A DNA stretch of 64,000 nucleotides. It comes from the human T2T-CHM13v2.0 reference genome, Homo sapiens. Shown here in pieces: positions 59,350 through 64,000 of the stretch. Position 1 is the first letter of the stretch. The number at the start of each line of letters is the position of its first letter. Where the stretch lies: the NCBI RefSeq assembly GCF_009914755.1, contig NC_060942.1; one strand, given 5' to 3'. Below the pieces are notes generated by a model. The model did not search any database. It had not been told where the DNA came from and was given only the letters and a program-made list of their open reading frames with translations. The position numbers were made by a program, and so were the translations under genes.

Positions 59350-60075
59350 TACTGGCTCTAAGCCCTATCCAGTGCTAGCGGTTGCCTTAGAACTGCAGTT
59401 GTGTCCTAGACTGCCTTTCAAATTTACCTAGGACCCTAGAGCACTTGGCCCATGGTGGCGAGGTTTGCTGAGAAACTCAAGTTGTGACCACTGTGATAGG
59501 CAATTCTCCTCGGGTTAGTCTGGTCCAAATGTTCCCTCTGTGTTCAGGCAGTAGCTGAGCCCAGCGTGGTTTTGCTCTCTGCTATAACGGGGCAGCACTG
59601 AGTTCAATATAAAGTCTCACAATTGCTGTGCTCCGCGTCTCCCAAGCACACCGGTTTCTCCATGCTGTGTGGTTGCTGCCAGGGGCTGGGGGAGGAGTGG
59701 CACAAGCACTCCCTTAGCCATCTCAGCTGGTGTCTTAGTATGTTGCATGCCCCCTCCCCCACCCCAGTTTACTAACTGATCCCAGCTCAGCCCTAGGGCT
59801 TGCCTAGGAATTGCAGTCCTCATGGCCTAGCTTGCCCCTCAAGTTTACATAGGGCCCTAGAGCACTCTTGCCCACAGTGGTGAGGCTTGCTGGAACTCAA
59901 GGTCTGACCATGGGATGGGTGATCACCCTCTGGCCTGGGCCGGTCTAAGTGCTCCCTCTGTGGGTGGGCGTCAGCTGGGTACAGCCCAGTTCTTCTTTCT
60001 GCTGTGACAGGGCAGTGCTGAGTTCAATGTAAAGTCCCCCAGTTGCTGTGCTCTCCCTCTCCCAAAAATACAGAT
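59350..60075 (-). repeat. Two diverged ~300-bp blocks (period ~420 bp) in L1MA 5' UTR
   Basis: CCCTAGAGCACT at ~59434 and ~59855; GCA(C/G)TGAGTTCAAT-like at ~59595 and ~60015. Confidence 0.8.
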
Positions 60076-60322
60076 TATCTGCACTACTTGGCAACTACCA
60101 AGAGATCGGGGAGAGTTGGCTTTGAAAATTCAAGACTATCTCTCTTACTCCCTTTCAGTGTCTCTTTCAGCAACATGAAGTTAAAACCAGATACTGTTTG
60201 CTCACCTAATTTTGAGTTCATTAAATGGTGCTTTTTGTCTGTAATTAGTTGTTAAAATTTGGTGTTCTTGCAGGGGGAATGAATGGTGTAGGCTTCTATT
60301 TGGTCATCTTGCTCTAACCCTC

Positions 60323-60500
60323 AAAAGATTATTTTCTTAATGGGCTCCGCAGAAACAAAGAATTCAAGACCCACAATCTTCAACCAGAAGATTTTGTTAA
60401 CTGGAAACATTTTAAAAAAGACTTTCTCCAACCAAAGTGGAAGGTCCCTTATCAAGTGCTTCTTACTAACCCTCGTGTTATTAAATTAGAAGAAAAAGAC
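60323..60500 (+). pseudogene. pol: ERV integrase C-terminal remnant
   Basis: HNLQPEDFVNWK..LQPKW..GPYQVLLTNP (GPY/F motif, frameshifted). Confidence 0.82.
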
Positions 60501-60865
60501 AAGTTAAGAGTTAAAATTAAAATATTACTGTGGCAGGTGTAGCTTTAAATTGAAAATGTAAAGGTAAAAATTCAGGTAAAAAGTGTGAATAAAGTTCGAG
60601 CCAAGCAGTATGTTAACATAGAGGTGTTTGCAAAAATCCCCTAGGTAGAAGATTTGGTTTCAAATAAGGTTAGATAATAGACTTTTACTCATAGTCATAT
60701 TCTCAGCTCACACTTTACATGGGCTTATATGCCCATGCTTCTTAAACCATGAAGACACACAATGGGAACAAGGATATTTGAAACAAGGACTGTCCTGAAA
60801 ACTTTGAGACACAAAACCCCAGACATCTGCCTTCGATAGTTGATACATGCACACAGTTCCACTGA

Positions 60866-61198
<333 letters not shown>

Positions 61199-61206
61199 AA
61201 AAGTCC

Positions 61207-61513
61207 TTTTTATTTTATTTTATTTTGAGACTGGGTCTCACTCTGTTGACCGGATTGAAATGCAGTGGCACAAACATGGCTCACTGCAGCCCTGACCTCC
61301 TGGCTTCAAGCAATCTTCCTGCCTCAGTCTCCCATGCAGCTGGGACCACAGGCATGTGCCACCATGCTCAGTTAATTTTTATCTTTTATTTTTTACAAAG
61401 ACAGGGTCTCACCATATTTCCCAAGGTAGTGTCTAACTCCTGGGCTCAAGTGATCCACCCATCTTGGCCTCCCAAAGTGCTTGGATTACAGGCAGGAGCC
61501 ACTATGAACAGCT
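61207..61513 (-). mobile_element. AluJ (Jo-like)
   Basis: Reverse Alu with J-type GGGTCTCAC, CTGCAGCC, GGGCTCAAGTGATCC. Confidence 0.9.
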
Positions 61514-62000
61514 TAACTTTTATTTCTTGGAAGTCATATTTATCTTTTCTTTCCAGGATCCTGATGACTCTGTAGTGGAACACATACTTCATCCTTTTAC
61601 ATAAGAAAGTCTGTGTTCTCCATTTTAGAATGTAGCCACCCCAACATTCACATGGGAGATTCTCCATCAACACCATTCCCTGGGATCAGCCATCCCCCTC
61701 CCACCCCCAGCTCAGAACACAAAATGTGTAAACACTGGTTTCCAGATTGTTATTTTTATTAACAAAGGTATGGGTCTTGCTGGAAGAGAGCTAGTGGTGT
61801 GACTAAACTTGTGAACTTTAGAAATGATGACACCTTCGAAGTTGAAATAAAACCTTCTGAAAAAGTAAGATTTTTTTCCCCAAATTTGGTTCTATCCACT
61901 TTCAATAAACAGAAAGTAACAAAAACTCTGAATATGAACAAATAGCTGAAGAGGTGAAACTTTCTAATGGTGCCAGATGGAACCAAAATCACTTTGTCAA

Positions 62001-62556
62001 TGAGATAAGAAACCAGCAGGACTTGTTTTCTGAGCACTGGTCACTACCCTAGTTGTGACCCTGCTGATCAGAGCAGGATCTGGTTGAAACAGAGTGCAGT
62101 ATAGAAGCCAGCCAGAACCAGCGGATAGCTACAAAAGTGGCTTCTAGTTGCCCTCACTGCTCATTAGAAGAAAGGTACTCCCACTGACACCATGACAATT
62201 TATAAATGCCATGGCAACGGGCCATGGCAATGGCCCAGAAGTTACCTTATATGGTTCTGAAAACTCCCTGCCCCCTTTCCAGATAGTTTTAAATAACCTG
62301 CCTCTTAATTGGCATATAGTTAAAATTGGGTATAAATACAACTAGCCCACAGCCAATACGTTGCTCTTTGGGGCACACTGCCTATGGGATAGCATGGCTC
62401 TGCAAGGAGCAGTACCTCTGCTTCTGCTGTACGCTGCCACTTCAATAAACAAGTTGCTATCTAACACCACCAGCTTGTCCTTGAATTTTTTCCTGGGCAA
62501 AGCCAAGAACCCTCCCCGGCTAAGCCCCAGTTTGAGGGCTTGCTTGCCCTGCATCA
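62001..62556 (+). mobile_element. Solo ERV1 LTR (MER66/MER41-like)
   Basis: TGAGATAAGAAACCAGCAGGACTTGTTTTC ... CCCTGCATCA; TATAAATA and AATAAA; perfect TSD TCAA. Confidence 0.88.
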
Positions 62557-62569
62557 TCAACATAAAAAA

Positions 62570-63100
62570 ATAGAGATAAATGTATAAGTACAAAGGTTTT
62601 ATATGAGAATAATACACAAAAAGTAGGATTGCAATTCAGGACCTAAAGACTCACCAGAGTGGCCTCTGGAACAAAGGAAAAGGCAAGAGTTTATTGGGGA
62701 AAGAGGAGATTACGCAAGTTGTTTTGAAAGAAAGCTTATTGGTGCTGGCGGCATCCTGCAAGAGCTGGTGACTCTGATGGGCCAGTGTCAGTCATTGCAA
62801 GGTAGGACTTCTGATCTTGGGGTTTTAGTTAGGCCCTTGTAGTTTTGGATTGGGTTGGTGAGACGGTATTGAAACCGGCAACTATTCTGTATTGTGCTGC
62901 TAGCTGTCCTTGTGTGACTCATGTGGTAAGCTGTGGTTTGGAAAAAGATTGTGATAGTTCCTGTTATCAGACAAATCTTGAGTGATTTGCCAGCTCTGTC
63001 TGCCAGGGTCTGACACAAGGGACGCTATTCCTGATTGTTCTTGAAGTGCATTCTAATTGTATCTCTCACAATGACAGAGTAATGGCCATTTTGCTTCATA
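62570..63100 (-). mobile_element. Probable older ERV1 LTR fragment
   Basis: LTR-like U3/R motifs (TTTATT, CTTATTGG, TGTGACTCAT) on the reverse strand; family unassigned. Confidence 0.4.
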
Positions 63101-63125
63101 GAAATTAGTAGGCAAAAGAAAGAAC

Positions 63126-63648
63126 TGAGGCAGGCAAACCCCAGAATTGCATCTCAGCCTGGAAGTGTTTTTGGCTTCACTCAGAATTCAACAGCGAGCT
63201 AGCCATGAAGGAAAGCAAGTTTATTAGAGCAACAGTGGGCAACAAAATGGCCACTCCACAGACAGAGCAGGGCCATCCCATAGGCAGAGCATCCTGGAGC
63301 AGCAGCAGCCAGGGTAGCAGCCCAGAGCAGCAGTCCCCACGGATTGCTGGCGAGCCATATTCATACCCAATCTCAATTATATAATAATTAAAGGGCAAAT
63401 TATTAGGAATTTTCTAGAAAAGGGGCAGAGGAGTTCCCAGAACTACATAAGGTAACTTCCAGGTCATTGCCATGGCATTTGTAAACTGTCATGGCGCTGG
63501 TGGGAGTGCCTTTTTGCTAATGAGCAGTGAGGACAACCAGAGGTTGCTTTTGTTGCCATCTGCTGGTTTCTGCCAGTTTCTCTGCTACATCCTGTTTAGA
63601 TCAGCAAGGTTGTGATCAGAAAACAAGTCCTGCTGATCTCCTACCTCA
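63126..63648 (-). mobile_element. Solo ERV1 LTR (MER66-like)
   Basis: Minus strand TGAGGTAGGAGATCAGCAGGACTTGTTTTC ... CCTGCCTCA; perfect TSD GAAC. Confidence 0.88.
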
Positions 63649-64000
63649 GAACTATTTCTGTGGCTAGTATTTTGCTGTGATGAAGTTTTTCTGAACTTAT
63701 TTTGACCCAGTAACCTTTTCATCTGGCTGACCTTTCTGTGGTCTCTGGACACCTAATGGAGATGCATAGTAACAAAGGCACGAAACCCTGAGCAGGTACA
63801 CAAGAAGGGCTTTTCAGGAGAGTTCCACTGTGTTGATGTCTTTATTATTTTCTTCTCAGGTGTTGCTATAATCACCTGAGAAAGCCCAAAGAAAAGGTGG
63901 AATGAACAGTTCCACTAAGTGATGTGAGAAGTCTGTCAGTCCCATTGCAAGCCAGGCCAGATATACAAAAAATTCTGCATTATCTGTTCTTCCTCATTGT

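Larger units (their letters stand above)
53384..60322 (-). mobile_element. L1MA (L1MA1-3-like) with both termini, ORF1 largely deleted
   Basis: 3' end TTTTGTAGGTACATAGTAGGTG; ORF2 fragments in ORF track; 5' end GAGCAAGATGACCAAATAGAAGCC (YY1-like); degenerate TSD AAAGTTTCTT/AAAGATTATT. Confidence 0.92.

Noticed and set aside
62001-63648. 3' LTR of the 46857 provirus, or LTR pair of one provirus
   Set aside because: No similarity to 46857-47406; each has its own TSD and they are oppositely oriented

Overview
Primate (human-like) non-coding genomic DNA, AT-rich and dominated by interspersed repeats. I could not recognise any cellular protein-coding exon, RNA gene or CpG island. The supplied ORFs are chance ORFs, translated Alu/L1/low-complexity sequence, or fragments of a decayed retroviral gag-pro-pol. 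The window holds about 14 Alus, many solo LTRs (LTR12F-like, MER11, MER21-, MER54- and MER66-like, THE1/MST/MLT1), L2/MIR remnants and DNA transposons. The right third is a nested stack. A class I provirus (5' LTR, tRNA-Arg PBS, gag, pro, pol; no env or 3' LTR) has its integrase split by an antisense L1MA, which itself carries a MaLR LTR and the most unusual object here. That object is a ~680-bp TSD-flanked, poly(A)-tailed composite of Alu left arm + ~2.1 gamma-satellite-like 216/217-bp monomers + Alu right arm (56920-57602), which looks like a satellite-carrying Alu-derived retroposon. Also notable are a near-pristine AluYb-lineage element with only half of the Yb8 diagnostics and an 80-bp tandem/palindromic rearrangement scar. 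Subfamily names come from recalled consensus sequences, not a database search, and boundaries of old repeats are approximate.
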